From contig OZ025715.1 of assembly GCA_964019335.1 (NCBI GenBank), positions 186,001-250,000 of the forward strand: 64,000 nucleotides of DNA. Reading direction: 5' to 3'. Below are positions 1-9,844 of this stretch, piece after piece (position 1 is the first letter of the stretch; every line of letters starts with the position of its first letter). Made by a program: the position numbers and the translations under genes. The notes beneath the pieces were generated by a model. That model was not told where the DNA came from, searched no databases, and saw only the letters and a list, made by a program, of their open reading frames with translations. The stretch comes from Diplonema japonicum. Lineage: Eukaryota > Protista > Euglenozoa: Diplonemea.

Positions 1-171
1 CTCAAGCTCCTTGCGTCCCTTTTCGCCAAGGCTAGCGACAGTCTCAAAAACCTACCCTCTTGGTTTCTCCCTACCACTGCTCAAGCACTCACACGGATTG
101 CCTCGAACCCCTCTCCGGATCCGCAGATCTCACAATTGGCATCCCAACTTCTCTCTATGCTTGTCAGTTAG
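1..171 (+). CDS. 3' end of an upstream gene (partial, helical-looking C-terminus)
   Basis: Frame 1 is open from base 1 to TAG at 169-171 (LKLLASLFAKASDSLKNLPSWFLPTTAQALTRIAS...QLASQLLSMLVS*). It is absent from the ORF track because its start lies outside the window. Confidence 0.6.
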   Translation, partial: LKLLASLFAKASDSLKNLPSWFLPTTAQALTRIASNPSPDPQISQLASQLLSMLVS

Positions 172-224
172 TAGGAAGTTTTCGTCCCGCACTTTTTTTT
201 CCTGGCCAAATACCGACACACAGT

Positions 225-2369
225 ATGTTGAAAAATGATGTACTCACGTTCCTTCCGACGAAGATCGACGAGCCCACGGTGATGGTTATGTGTGGGAGCA
301 GCGATGAGGTGTACAAGCTTGCCGAGGAGCGTGGGAAGGTGAATGATATCATTCACTTCGATAGCATTGTGGGGATGGAGGCACAAGAAAAAGTCCTGGA
401 GAGTGCTGTGTGCAAAGGTAAATGGGTTCTTCATCAAGAGACAGAGGACGATGTGTTACGGTGGTTGGCAAGGACTGTGCTTCCACGGTCGGCACATTTG
501 TGCCACGAGGAGTTCCGGCTGTTCCTGATCGGAGACGACGCAAAATTTGCGCGCTTGCCAGCGATTCTACGCTCAGCGACGATTATAGTGCAGCCACCGC
601 TTGGGAACGAACTCTGTGCACGTCATCTTTCTCAAGCCATCGAACACGGGAACGTCTATCGGATAGAACAGCATAAGGCAGGGGTTGCTTACTTAACAAT
701 GAATGATCAAGTTTCAATCATGCGAAAGTGCGTCAGCGAAGCAGACTTCCTCGTGCTCCTCGATCACGCCGATATCAACAGCGAAGATAGGGATGGGTTT
801 AGGTTCCTCGATGTTGCACTTGAAAAGCGGTACTTAGAAGCTGTGAAGAAAATATGCAGCAAAGGAGGAAAATCTGACTTAATTGACCTCCCGCTTCTTG
901 CCTGCCCCGAGACACAGCACCTCTTGGATGCCGTCGTCAACGCAGAGAACGTACCATTCAACGAGCTGGCCGCAACGCACATTGCAGCAGAGTCCGGGAA
1001 CGAAAAAGTCCTCCGCGTTCTGTTCGATGCCTGTGCCGACAGAGCCTTCAACTACGACGACTATCCGCTCGGTAAAGTCGTGACACGCGACAGCAAGCAC
1101 CTCACGCAGATGGTTATCGATAGAATGGAGAGGGTAGGATTACACCCCTTCAGGACAGCACATATTTCCCTATTCTTCCTCTTGGACGTACTCACAAACG
1201 TCTCTCTGCTGACCGATTTCGGTGCAGAGATCTGTGAGAGATTCTGCAAATGTGTGCTTGAAGACGGGGCACTGCCATATGTTATCCCGTGTGAATGCAT
1301 TGAGAAGGCTAGTCGTGGGCACCCAAACCTGATGGGGGATCTTCTTGTCATTGCAGACGTGAAGAAAAACGCGGCAACAATGGTGGACTGGTACATTAAT
1401 AGACTCCCGACCCACCCACAGGCAGCGATGTGTGTGACTGAGTATGTCTCAAACACGTCGCCAGAGAGCTTGGAACGTCCAAATCTTTTGAAGAAGCTCG
1501 TGCTGAGGGGGTGCGAGGCGAGGAATTTGTTGGAAATTGTGCTGAAGTATGTCAAGACAACAGCGAGAATGGACATTGATGGGATCGAGATGTCGCCGTT
1601 GATGCTAACAACCGTGCTGCCAGGGTTTCCCACAGCGGCTGAGCTGATATTGGACAAGGACAAAGACCCCGATGCAAGGAACGAAACCGGGCTGAACGTT
1701 CTGCAGCAAACCGTCGTTGACATGACAATGTCTCCGTTGCCATATCTACCGCACTTGGAGAACTATGCTAGGATGTTCAGGTTGTTTATCGAGGCAGGTG
1801 TGGACACAGTGGTGGATGACGGGCATGGGTTCTCATCGTCTTTGTTCGGCTACTGTCAACGGTACGAGCTCGCTCCCGTCTGCTTTGAACTTTTACAAGT
1901 CAAGCAGTCCCCGAACATCATCCTGCTTTGCACACAAAACCTCCGTGCTTGCATGGTCAACTACGCCCGCACACGTACATCCTCACTTGAAACTTCTTGG
2001 TACCTCCCGGATTCAAGTCTATGCATCCCCGGTTGGCCCACTTTATCTGTCATTGACTCCAAGGATTTTCTATCGATCTGCAGCTACCTCTCCCCTCAGA
2101 GTCTGGTCAGCCTCTCCCTCACCTGCAAGGCTTATCATTACCTCACATTCTACAACGAGTTGTGGGACCCGTGGATCTCAGAGGAACACCGCCAGCTTCC
2201 TTCAAGGCAGCTTATATACTCCTCAAAAATGGCATATATCTCCATCAGCACGCAAGCAGAACATCGAACGTGGTTGCAACGAGGCAGCACCGACGAATAC
2301 GAATGTCTTTTCACCGGCTCAGTATTGACTGGAAGAGATCTTGCAAAGCTAGGGCTTGGCGCGGCATGA
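225..2369 (+). CDS. Ankyrin-repeat protein with C-terminal F-box and an N-terminal region resembling the dynein heavy chain D6 (AAA6) domain
   Basis: ATG at 225 follows a CACAG acceptor-like site. Ankyrin motifs (ATHIAAESGNEKVLRVLF; SPLMLTT...AAELILDKDKDPDARNETGLNVL). F-box motif LSVIDSKDFLSICSYLSPQSLVSLSLTCKAYHYLTFYNELW. Confidence 0.75.
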   Translation: MLKNDVLTFLPTKIDEPTVMVMCGSSDEVYKLAEERGKVNDIIHFDSIVGMEAQEKVLESAVCKGKWVLHQETEDDVLRWLARTVLPRSAHLCHEEFRLFLIGDDAKFARLPAILRSATIIVQPPLGNELCARHLSQAIEHGNVYRIEQHKAGVAYLTMNDQVSIMRKCVSEADFLVLLDHADINSEDRDGFRFLDVALEKRYLEAVKKICSKGGKSDLIDLPLLACPETQHLLDAVVNAENVPFNELAATHIAAESGNEKVLRVLFDACADRAFNYDDYPLGKVVTRDSKHLTQMVIDRMERVGLHPFRTAHISLFFLLDVLTNVSLLTDFGAEICERFCKCVLEDGALPYVIPCECIEKASRGHPNLMGDLLVIADVKKNAATMVDWYINRLPTHPQAAMCVTEYVSNTSPESLERPNLLKKLVLRGCEARNLLEIVLKYVKTTARMDIDGIEMSPLMLTTVLPGFPTAAELILDKDKDPDARNETGLNVLQQTVVDMTMSPLPYLPHLENYARMFRLFIEAGVDTVVDDGHGFSSSLFGYCQRYELAPVCFELLQVKQSPNIILLCTQNLRACMVNYARTRTSSLETSWYLPDSSLCIPGWPTLSVIDSKDFLSICSYLSPQSLVSLSLTCKAYHYLTFYNELWDPWISEEHRQLPSRQLIYSSKMAYISISTQAEHRTWLQRGSTDEYECLFTGSVLTGRDLAKLGLGAA

Positions 2370-2541
2370 AAATGATGAGGAAGAAAAAGAATAAGGAGGG
2401 GAAGAAAATGACAAAACTCCCCCATCCCCCCTTCTAATATTTACACACTATTGGTCCCCATTTCTTGTACAAAGATAATATCCCCCCCTTTTTATTCTCG
2501 TCTTTCGTGTTCATCTGTGCATTTCTGCTGCCAGGTCATCA

Positions 2542-3672
2542 ATGGAAGTGGATGACAACCTGCAGAGGATTGTGATTGAAATAGGCGAAGCGTTAAAGGT
2601 GGGCTTAGGGGGACATGCGCTCCCTGCAGTGCGGAAGGGATCGGAGGTGGGGGTGATCGATGGAGAATTTATAGATCTTACGGAGATAAGGGAGGACGAG
2701 ACAAGGGAGGTGGGGGTGGCAAGGGTGGTCCCGACCGGATTCGGGAGCTATTTCCTACCGAGGGGTGGGACGCAGCTTTTGGGGGAGTACTTGAAGCACT
2801 TAATAAAGGAGGTCCCCGAGATCGATCCGAGCTCGCGGAAATCGGGGTTGTTCATCGTACCGTACTACAGCAGTGAGAAGTTCAGGGAGCAGTTGATGGA
2901 GCTCGCCTTCGAAGTACTGGGCATGGACTCGGCTTTCGTAATCATCTCCCCCACTGCTGTTTTGTATTCTGTAGGACTCACCAGTGGGATAGTCATTGAC
3001 TGTACTTCACACAGCACACTAATCTGCCCTATTTCTAAAGGGATTCTAAGGGATCAAGTTGTGCAGATGGGCAGATTTGGCGGTGAGGGCATAACCGACA
3101 TTGTCAGAAATGCCATTGGTGATGAGAAACTTACCACAAATTGCCCAGGTGGTCTACAAGGAGATGTTCGAAAATGGTGGGCCATGCGAGAGGCTCGGAA
3201 AATTAAAGAGGCGCATTGTGTTGTGGGCAAGATCGGCGACCAGGAGGTAACCCTTCCGGACGGGACAAGTTTCACTCTTAAACAAGAGGTGGTGGAGAGT
3301 CCTACGTGCCTGTTAGACCCATCTTCAGGCGGAAGCGTTCCCCGCCTCTTGCGAACTTCTGTAAATTGTTGCGTACATGAGCCCATCTTTGACACCGACC
3401 CAATCCAACTCATAGACAAGTCTATTGTGGTCACAGGGGGCACATCTCTCACCCCGGGGTTCATGCTCCAGCTATACGACTCGCTCTCTGATGCATTCCC
3501 CACCGCTCGCCTTCAGGCTCCCATCTCCCACAGCGACCCTTTGGAACGGCAGAGCACAGCGTGGATCGGGGGCTCCATCCTTTCCCAATTCCTCCCTCTT
3601 GACTTATGGATCACTCGGGAAGAATACGACAGCGAAGGCGCACGAGTCGTCAATAGGAAATGCCCGAAATGA
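2542..3672 (+). CDS. Divergent actin-related protein
   Basis: Actin-fold motifs: REQLMELAFE, LYSVGLTSGIVID, ARKIKEAHC, VTLPDG, IVVTGGTSLTPGF, AWIGGSILS, WITREEYDSEGARVVNRKC. Confidence 0.9.
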   Translation: MEVDDNLQRIVIEIGEALKVGLGGHALPAVRKGSEVGVIDGEFIDLTEIREDETREVGVARVVPTGFGSYFLPRGGTQLLGEYLKHLIKEVPEIDPSSRKSGLFIVPYYSSEKFREQLMELAFEVLGMDSAFVIISPTAVLYSVGLTSGIVIDCTSHSTLICPISKGILRDQVVQMGRFGGEGITDIVRNAIGDEKLTTNCPGGLQGDVRKWWAMREARKIKEAHCVVGKIGDQEVTLPDGTSFTLKQEVVESPTCLLDPSSGGSVPRLLRTSVNCCVHEPIFDTDPIQLIDKSIVVTGGTSLTPGFMLQLYDSLSDAFPTARLQAPISHSDPLERQSTAWIGGSILSQFLPLDLWITREEYDSEGARVVNRKCPK

Positions 3673-3784
3673 GTTTCTTGTTTTTTTATATATCTTTTTT
3701 ATATCCATACGAAAAATTTAACCCCCTTCAGGTCTCGTCTCACCCCTTGTTTAATAATACACACTTTATCTAATTTATGAGACA

Positions 3785-5972
3785 ATGAGCAGCACCGAGC
3801 GATCTATCGAAGAAACAGAGGGAAGGCCCAAGTCTCCCCAAGAGCAGCCACAACACCAGGAAAGCGACGGCAAGACACCCACGTCTCAACCTACGAAGAC
3901 GCCCCAACAACAGCCAATAAAATTGTCCCAGCTGCCTCAGCACCCGCAGGCTCAGATTAGGGAGATAAAAGAAGAGCCTAAACTGGCTGATGAGGACCGC
4001 GTCATTGAGCAGGAAGACAGGGTGAACGGTGGGGCCAGGGGAGGTGACCTCATGGCTGCTGGCAACGACACTTGCCGGCACTGGATCAAGGGTACTTGCA
4101 GGCTCGGATCTAGGTACTAAAGATTTGCACATTATAACTCCACACAGCTGCAACTTCCGCCATCCTGAAACGCAGATGCAGCCCATGGGTGGCGAAACCA
4201 AAAAGAAGCCGAAGAAATGGTGCCGATTTGCATTCCGGGGAAAATGCCCCTTCGGCCCGAACGGAGGCGCTTGTGTCTACACGCACATTGAGGAATGGGC
4301 GGCCCTGAACACGAAGGACCGCGAGCTTATGGCAATGCCCTCTATGCTGGTATGTTTTACTCCCTTTCTCTAAACACATGCAGGCCGCGTGTGCTGAGAA
4401 CATGAGGAGAGATCTCCAGAGTGCGATAACAGAGGCAATTTCGGCTGGATCGCTTGACCCCAGAGAGGGGTGGCAGTTCATGCACGACTGTGGGTACTAC
4501 ACGAAGTCCGCTCACAGTGGGGTCCACGAGGTGGCTGAAATCTTGGCTCGTCAGGCACGTGAAAATCTTGCGTCTCTCGCATCCTCTGATTCAGGTGTGA
4601 GGGCACTGCAGTGGCTGCTCGACAGATGCCAGCAGTTCTTCGTCCCGGCCTCGCAGAGCGCTGCATCAGCCGCTGCGCACCCCGCGTCACCCCAAAGGTC
4701 ACAATGGAACTCGAACAGAGAACGTGATGATTGGGCAGTATGCTACACAATACATGAAACGTACCGCACACAGCATTCGCGACTGCCGAGCAGGAAGGAT
4801 ACCTATGCTGGGTCGGGCGCAATGGGCGACATGCAGGAAGACTACATGCAGGACATGGCATACCACCCACGCAACCCGTGGAGAGGAAGCTGGTCCGATG
4901 AGCACCACATGTACGACCAACCGTTCGGCAGGAGAGGGTATTCGGGAAAAGGTGCAATGGGAAACGCTCACAGGTGGGGTGGCAAGGGGTACGGTCATCA
5001 CGGCCACCCTATGAGCCACATGCACCGCGAGGTATGGGTTGATTAACGAGTTTCTTTTTGAATACAGTAATACACACAGAAATACTCAATGCACCATGAT
5101 GTGCACCATATGCACCACCACCACCGCCCCCACCATCACTACGAAGGTTACGAGGACATGCACCACGACTTGGACAGAGACTGGAGTGCCCATGGTAGCT
5201 CGTCATGGGAGTTAGGGATGGACCATGAGCTGGGTCCGAACGGGCAGGTATAAAGGGGAAGAAAGGTGGGTAGCATCATCCCTTTTTACAGGGACCGCCG
5301 CCCTTAGTCCCAGCACCTCATCACTCGCATCACCACCACCACCACCACCACCACCCGCACCCTCACCACCCTCACCACCACCACAGCCATCACCATAGCC
5401 ACCACCATTCTTCGCCGCATATGCACCATCACCATCACCACCATTCCCACCACCATCACCATTACCACCATCACCAGGGTGGGCACCAGCCGTATTACCA
5501 CCGCCCGCATCACCACCCGCACCATAGTCACCACCATCACCACCACCACCACTCTCCTCATCCGCATCACCACCACCACCATCATCATCACCATCACCAG
5601 CATCACAGGGAGCATAGGGATGAAGACAAGGGTGGTAAGAAGGGTTCCGGTTCGCTGGGAGCCGTTGGGAAGAGAGGACACCCCGACAGGAAGAGCATGC
5701 TGGAGCAGATTGGGAGTGCGAGGATGGAGGGTGCTGCGTCGAAGAGGAGGGAGGAGTTCCCCGAAGGTCAAGAAGCTCCTGCAGCATCGGGGCCCAGTGG
5801 CAACAGTGGTGACGATGGGCTCGATTTCCAGATCTCTGACATTGATATTTTGCTGCAAGACAAAGAACCGTGGAACGCAGGTAAATGGGCTTCTTCACCC
5901 CCCCGGGAAGGCACACCGCCAACTGAGAAGGGGGTGCTGAAGTCAGTCTTGCTAGACACGCTTAACAACTGA
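3785..5972 (+). CDS. CCCH zinc-finger protein with a very long His-rich region (5 exons)
   Basis: Inferred introns 4114-4147, 4350-4383, 5032-5079 and 5248-5291 (all GT..AG) join four ORF-track ORFs plus exon 5080-5247 in frame. Splicing intron 1 restores CRHWIKGTCRLGSSCNFRH. Second finger is CRFAFRGKCPFGPNGGACVYTH. Poly-His region at about 5320-5605. Confidence 0.75.
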
Positions 5973-7205
5973 CAACATTAAAGGTGTGATGCCGTGATGA
6001 TGTGCCATAAGACAGGAAGGTTGGGGTGAGGGGAGGCTGCTACTTTTTTGTTGCCTCTCCCTTTTCCCTTCCACAACACACGTTTCCTCCTTACTTCCCT
6101 CCCCCGGGGGTAGGGGGCTACCCCCTCTTTTTTTTTTTTAGTTCCTGGCTGGCTCTTTTTTTCTCGCATGCTCCTATTAATCCCCCCTTTTTTTTTCGCA
6201 CCCATCTCTGAAGGCCTGCAGCTGCTCTTACTTCCATGTGAATCTACACAATAAAAATTGAGATGAATTTTTTTTTCTTTCTTTTCTTGCAAAGGAAAAA
6301 AAAAAAAAAAAGAAAGCAAAGGAAAAAAAAAATAAAAAATAGTGTGACCTTTGTTTTCTTACTTTGCATCCCCCCCCCCCCCCCATGTTGTCTATCCCCT
6401 TCACCCCCATTGTCCCGTTGATTTATTCCTAACCCTCTAGTTTTTTTTCTTCTTTTTTTTTCTTTCTCTCTTTTCTTTTCCTCCATGTTTTAACGTAATC
6501 CTTCCCCCCTTCCCCCTATTTACTCCCCCTCCCCTACCAAGTGGTAAAAGAAGAAGATAAATCGCGGGGAAAAAAAAAATAAAAACGAAAAAAAAAGTAA
6601 CCACCAGACGAACAGTGATGAGTGCTGCAATGTAAGACAAAAATGAAAAAAAAAAAAGTGTTTAAAAAAAAAAAAGTGGGTTCTTTTTATTTACAGTGAG
6701 AGTGGGCCCTTTCTTTAAAAACAATCTTCTTTTATTCCCCCCTCCTCCTTTTTTTTATAATTTTATTTTCCCCATCCTTTTTTTTTTTTTTACCCCTAAA
6801 TTTCTTTCCACCCATACACACTGCAGCTCTGAAACAATGAAAAGGCGGGGGGAAAAAAAAAGTAAAAAGTGTTTGAGAATGAAAAAAAAAAGAAAAGAAA
6901 AAAGAACAGGTTAAAACGAGAGCAACAAAAAGTGACAAAAAAAAAAAAGAAGACGGCAAAATCTTGCAGGAAGGCGGGGGGTGGGGGGGAGGGGGCCGCG
7001 GGTGTGCGCATCCCTCCCCCCCTCCCTATTTTTCTTTTTTTTTTTCCCATCCCATCCCATCCCTCCCCTCTTTTTTTTTTTTTTTTTTTACCATCTTTCT
7101 GTCCCCACTCGCTCAACTTTTCCTTGCACAAATTTTTTTTCCCCCACCTACTCTTCAATTCCAATGGAAGGGGGCAAAAAAAAAAAGTTCACACCCCACT
7201 CATTG

Positions 7206-8300
7206 ATGCGAACAGATGACGCGGCAAAAAGGATAATATTAAAACACTACGCGGAGGCACGGGGGAAGCGTGTGACCGGGACATTTGAAGCCCGAAAAGA
7301 ACTGGGGGAATTTATAGCAGCGTTGCCAGGAGAGCTGAGGAAAGACGGGTACAGTATAGGGGGCGGTGCGTACGGAAAGACGATCGATTTGTTGGGGCTG
7401 CTGAAGAACACAGCAATGGCTTCAGAAGTGTTTCGAGACGCCAAGAAGCACTCGGCAGCCACGCAAGAAGTCTACAGCAGTATGCTTGCCGCCTTCACAC
7501 GAAACAACTACACCCATCTCGCCACCAAACTAGCAGTTGAAATGAAGGAAAACAAAGTAACTCTGAACAGCCACGACAAGGTGAGATTAGCGCTTTCCCT
7601 CCCGTGGTCTGAAGCAAACTTCACGTACCTGCGAAAAATGTCTGAAAACCACCGCTTGACAGAACACCAAATCGTTGCCATTGCTTCCCACGCACCCACT
7701 GTGGAACACGGATTTGCCTATTTGAAAAGATCAAAGATCCCCGCAACGAGAGCAACATTCGTATCATTATTGAAAATACTGCAGAAACGCCCTGTGGAAA
7801 AAGGCCTTGATGGTATTGTTGAAGGAATACTGCGGTATCACAACGGTGTTGATCTTGACATTCTTTGTTACACGATGTTGATGGTGGTGTTTCGAAAAGA
7901 CGTTCGAAAAACAGAAGAAGCATGGCGGGAAATGGCACGGCAGGGGTTTCTTCCGGACGCACCCTCTGCTACCTCAATAATGGCAGCATACCTACATCTC
8001 TCAGAGACCGACCCCACGTCCCGCCCCGATTTATTCCAAACAGCCTTGAAGCTTTTCCACAAGGCGCTTCGTTACAACCTTTCCTGCACGCAGGGCATCC
8101 ACACCATGATCGTCAAGATCGCAGTCAACTGCGCAGAGACACAGGACACTGTGTCCGACCTGATATCTATCATGGTCAAGCACGGCCATCAAGGAACCCA
8201 CGAGTTGGAATCTTACGTGAAAAATAAGGGTTATTCAAAAGGGATCATGATGGTGCAGCAAAGTACAGACCGTGGGAGGGTTCAAAATGTATTTGAGTAA
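7206..8300 (+). CDS. Pentatricopeptide-repeat (PPR)-like protein
   Basis: PPR-like repeats YSSMLAAFTRNNYTHLATKLAVEMKENKV and DILCYTMLMVVFRKDVRKTEEAWREMARQGFLPD. Start codon uncertain (7162 or 7206). Confidence 0.7.
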   Translation: MRTDDAAKRIILKHYAEARGKRVTGTFEARKELGEFIAALPGELRKDGYSIGGGAYGKTIDLLGLLKNTAMASEVFRDAKKHSAATQEVYSSMLAAFTRNNYTHLATKLAVEMKENKVTLNSHDKVRLALSLPWSEANFTYLRKMSENHRLTEHQIVAIASHAPTVEHGFAYLKRSKIPATRATFVSLLKILQKRPVEKGLDGIVEGILRYHNGVDLDILCYTMLMVVFRKDVRKTEEAWREMARQGFLPDAPSATSIMAAYLHLSETDPTSRPDLFQTALKLFHKALRYNLSCTQGIHTMIVKIAVNCAETQDTVSDLISIMVKHGHQGTHELESYVKNKGYSKGIMMVQQSTDRGRVQNVFE

Positions 8301-8306
8301 ACCAGT

Positions 8307-8337
<31 letters not shown>

Positions 8338-8377
8338 TATATTATTATAACATAAGATACTCTGTTTCAGGGGGGTA

Positions 8378-9757
8378 ATGACAAAGCCCATCACAACACC
8401 GGCCTATCGCGACCACCTTATGGTGGACACTTTGGCGCTGTCCAAACGGATGACGGTGGACGGGTACCTCCGCTTGAACCAACAGAAATCGAGCAAAGAC
8501 GGCAGCGTTGGTGTGATGGATCTTCACAAGCTGCAGCTCAGCTGGGAACGCCCTGTTGAAAGAAAACCAGAACCGCACACAGAAGGGATCCGAGCTGTAC
8601 ACGGCACCCTTGACATCGACAAACTGTTCATGGTATCAAGGGAGGTGAGGGCAGGGGAGAGGCTGGAAAGCGCGCGAAAAGGATTCAACGAAGATTTTCG
8701 AGAACAACACAGGCTCAAATACGAACTGAGCCCAATGACAGTACACCGTGGCGACCCGCACGAAATCACAAAGAGTATAAAAGACTTCTTGGTAGGTATG
8801 GTTCGCAGTAAGGAGTTCTTCGTTTACTCCGTGAAGAACTGGAAGAGGAGAGTCGTCTCAATACAAAGATGCACGCGGTCCTTGTTGCGGGAAAAACACA
8901 ACCGAATATCTCAGCTGGTCGAACTGTGGAGAAAAACAGAGGAAAAACAAAAAAAGATATACCACGCCACCGTTCAAGAACAGCTGAAATCCACGGTCAG
9001 GGGCAAGACGAACACAAGACAGCTAACACAATGCTACGTGGACCAGTACAGAATCGACGACGACATGAAATGGAAGTGCGTGCAAGGATTTTACGAAGAA
9101 CGCTGGGTACAGCTTCGTGTAAAGGTGAAATCTTGGCTCGCAACGCATCAAGGCCAAGAGAAGAAACTCTCCACAGTAAAAGCATCATTAAGAACGTCTA
9201 TTCACAAAGCGTCCTCAGCCATGGAAACATCCACTTTGACAGCCTCCCTCAATGATGTAATGTGGCAAATCCGCGCGCTTCGCATCACAGCCCCGAAATT
9301 GCTTTTTGAAACGTCCTATCTGCCTCTTAAAGAGCTGTTAATCATTGCTGGGAAGATCCGTCTCGATTCCGGGTTAAATCTACCGAAGGAGAAGGAGAGG
9401 GTGACCGTAAGCAGTATTATTCGGGCGAACGGAAAACGTCGTGCGAAAACTTTCCTCAATGAGGATGCGCATGTTTGTGAAAACTGCCTGCAGTGCCTTC
9501 ACAACCAAAGCCTGGCTTCCCTTAGAACGCCTGTCAAGCGCCGTCTTCACGAATTGCTTCAGTTCTCCAGGAAGAGTTTGTCCCCTGTCCCTACGCTGCC
9601 TGCTTTGAAGTCGCCTTCTATGAAAACGAGTTCCCCGCCGCCTTCCCCGTTCAGCGACCCGAAACAGTGGGTGACACCATCCCCATCCCCTCTTTTCACG
9701 ACAAGCCATAAGGGTAAGTTCAAGGATCTACTTGAGTCTTTAGAAGCCGAGCAGTAA
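8378..9757 (+). CDS. Hypothetical basic/coiled-coil protein
   Basis: 459-aa ORF of normal complexity, flanked by T-rich intergenic DNA; no family recognised. Confidence 0.75.
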   Translation: MTKPITTPAYRDHLMVDTLALSKRMTVDGYLRLNQQKSSKDGSVGVMDLHKLQLSWERPVERKPEPHTEGIRAVHGTLDIDKLFMVSREVRAGERLESARKGFNEDFREQHRLKYELSPMTVHRGDPHEITKSIKDFLVGMVRSKEFFVYSVKNWKRRVVSIQRCTRSLLREKHNRISQLVELWRKTEEKQKKIYHATVQEQLKSTVRGKTNTRQLTQCYVDQYRIDDDMKWKCVQGFYEERWVQLRVKVKSWLATHQGQEKKLSTVKASLRTSIHKASSAMETSTLTASLNDVMWQIRALRITAPKLLFETSYLPLKELLIIAGKIRLDSGLNLPKEKERVTVSSIIRANGKRRAKTFLNEDAHVCENCLQCLHNQSLASLRTPVKRRLHELLQFSRKSLSPVPTLPALKSPSMKTSSPPPSPFSDPKQWVTPSPSPLFTTSHKGKFKDLLESLEAEQ

Positions 9758-9801
9758 AACGGTAGTTGCAAACCACTTCGTTTCCTATCATAGTGAATTT
9801 T

Positions 9802-9839
<38 letters not shown>

Positions 9840-9844
9840 TTTAA

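Noticed and set aside
60-224. ORF-track N-terminal extensions (also at 6981, 12694, 16725, 30026, 37216, 47584, 53791)
   Set aside because: They begin at non-ATG codons or run through homopolymer spacers; downstream ATGs fit better.
5212-5922. Minus-strand Gly-rich and Val/Met-rich ORFs
   Set aside because: Antisense shadows of the CAC/CAT His repeat.
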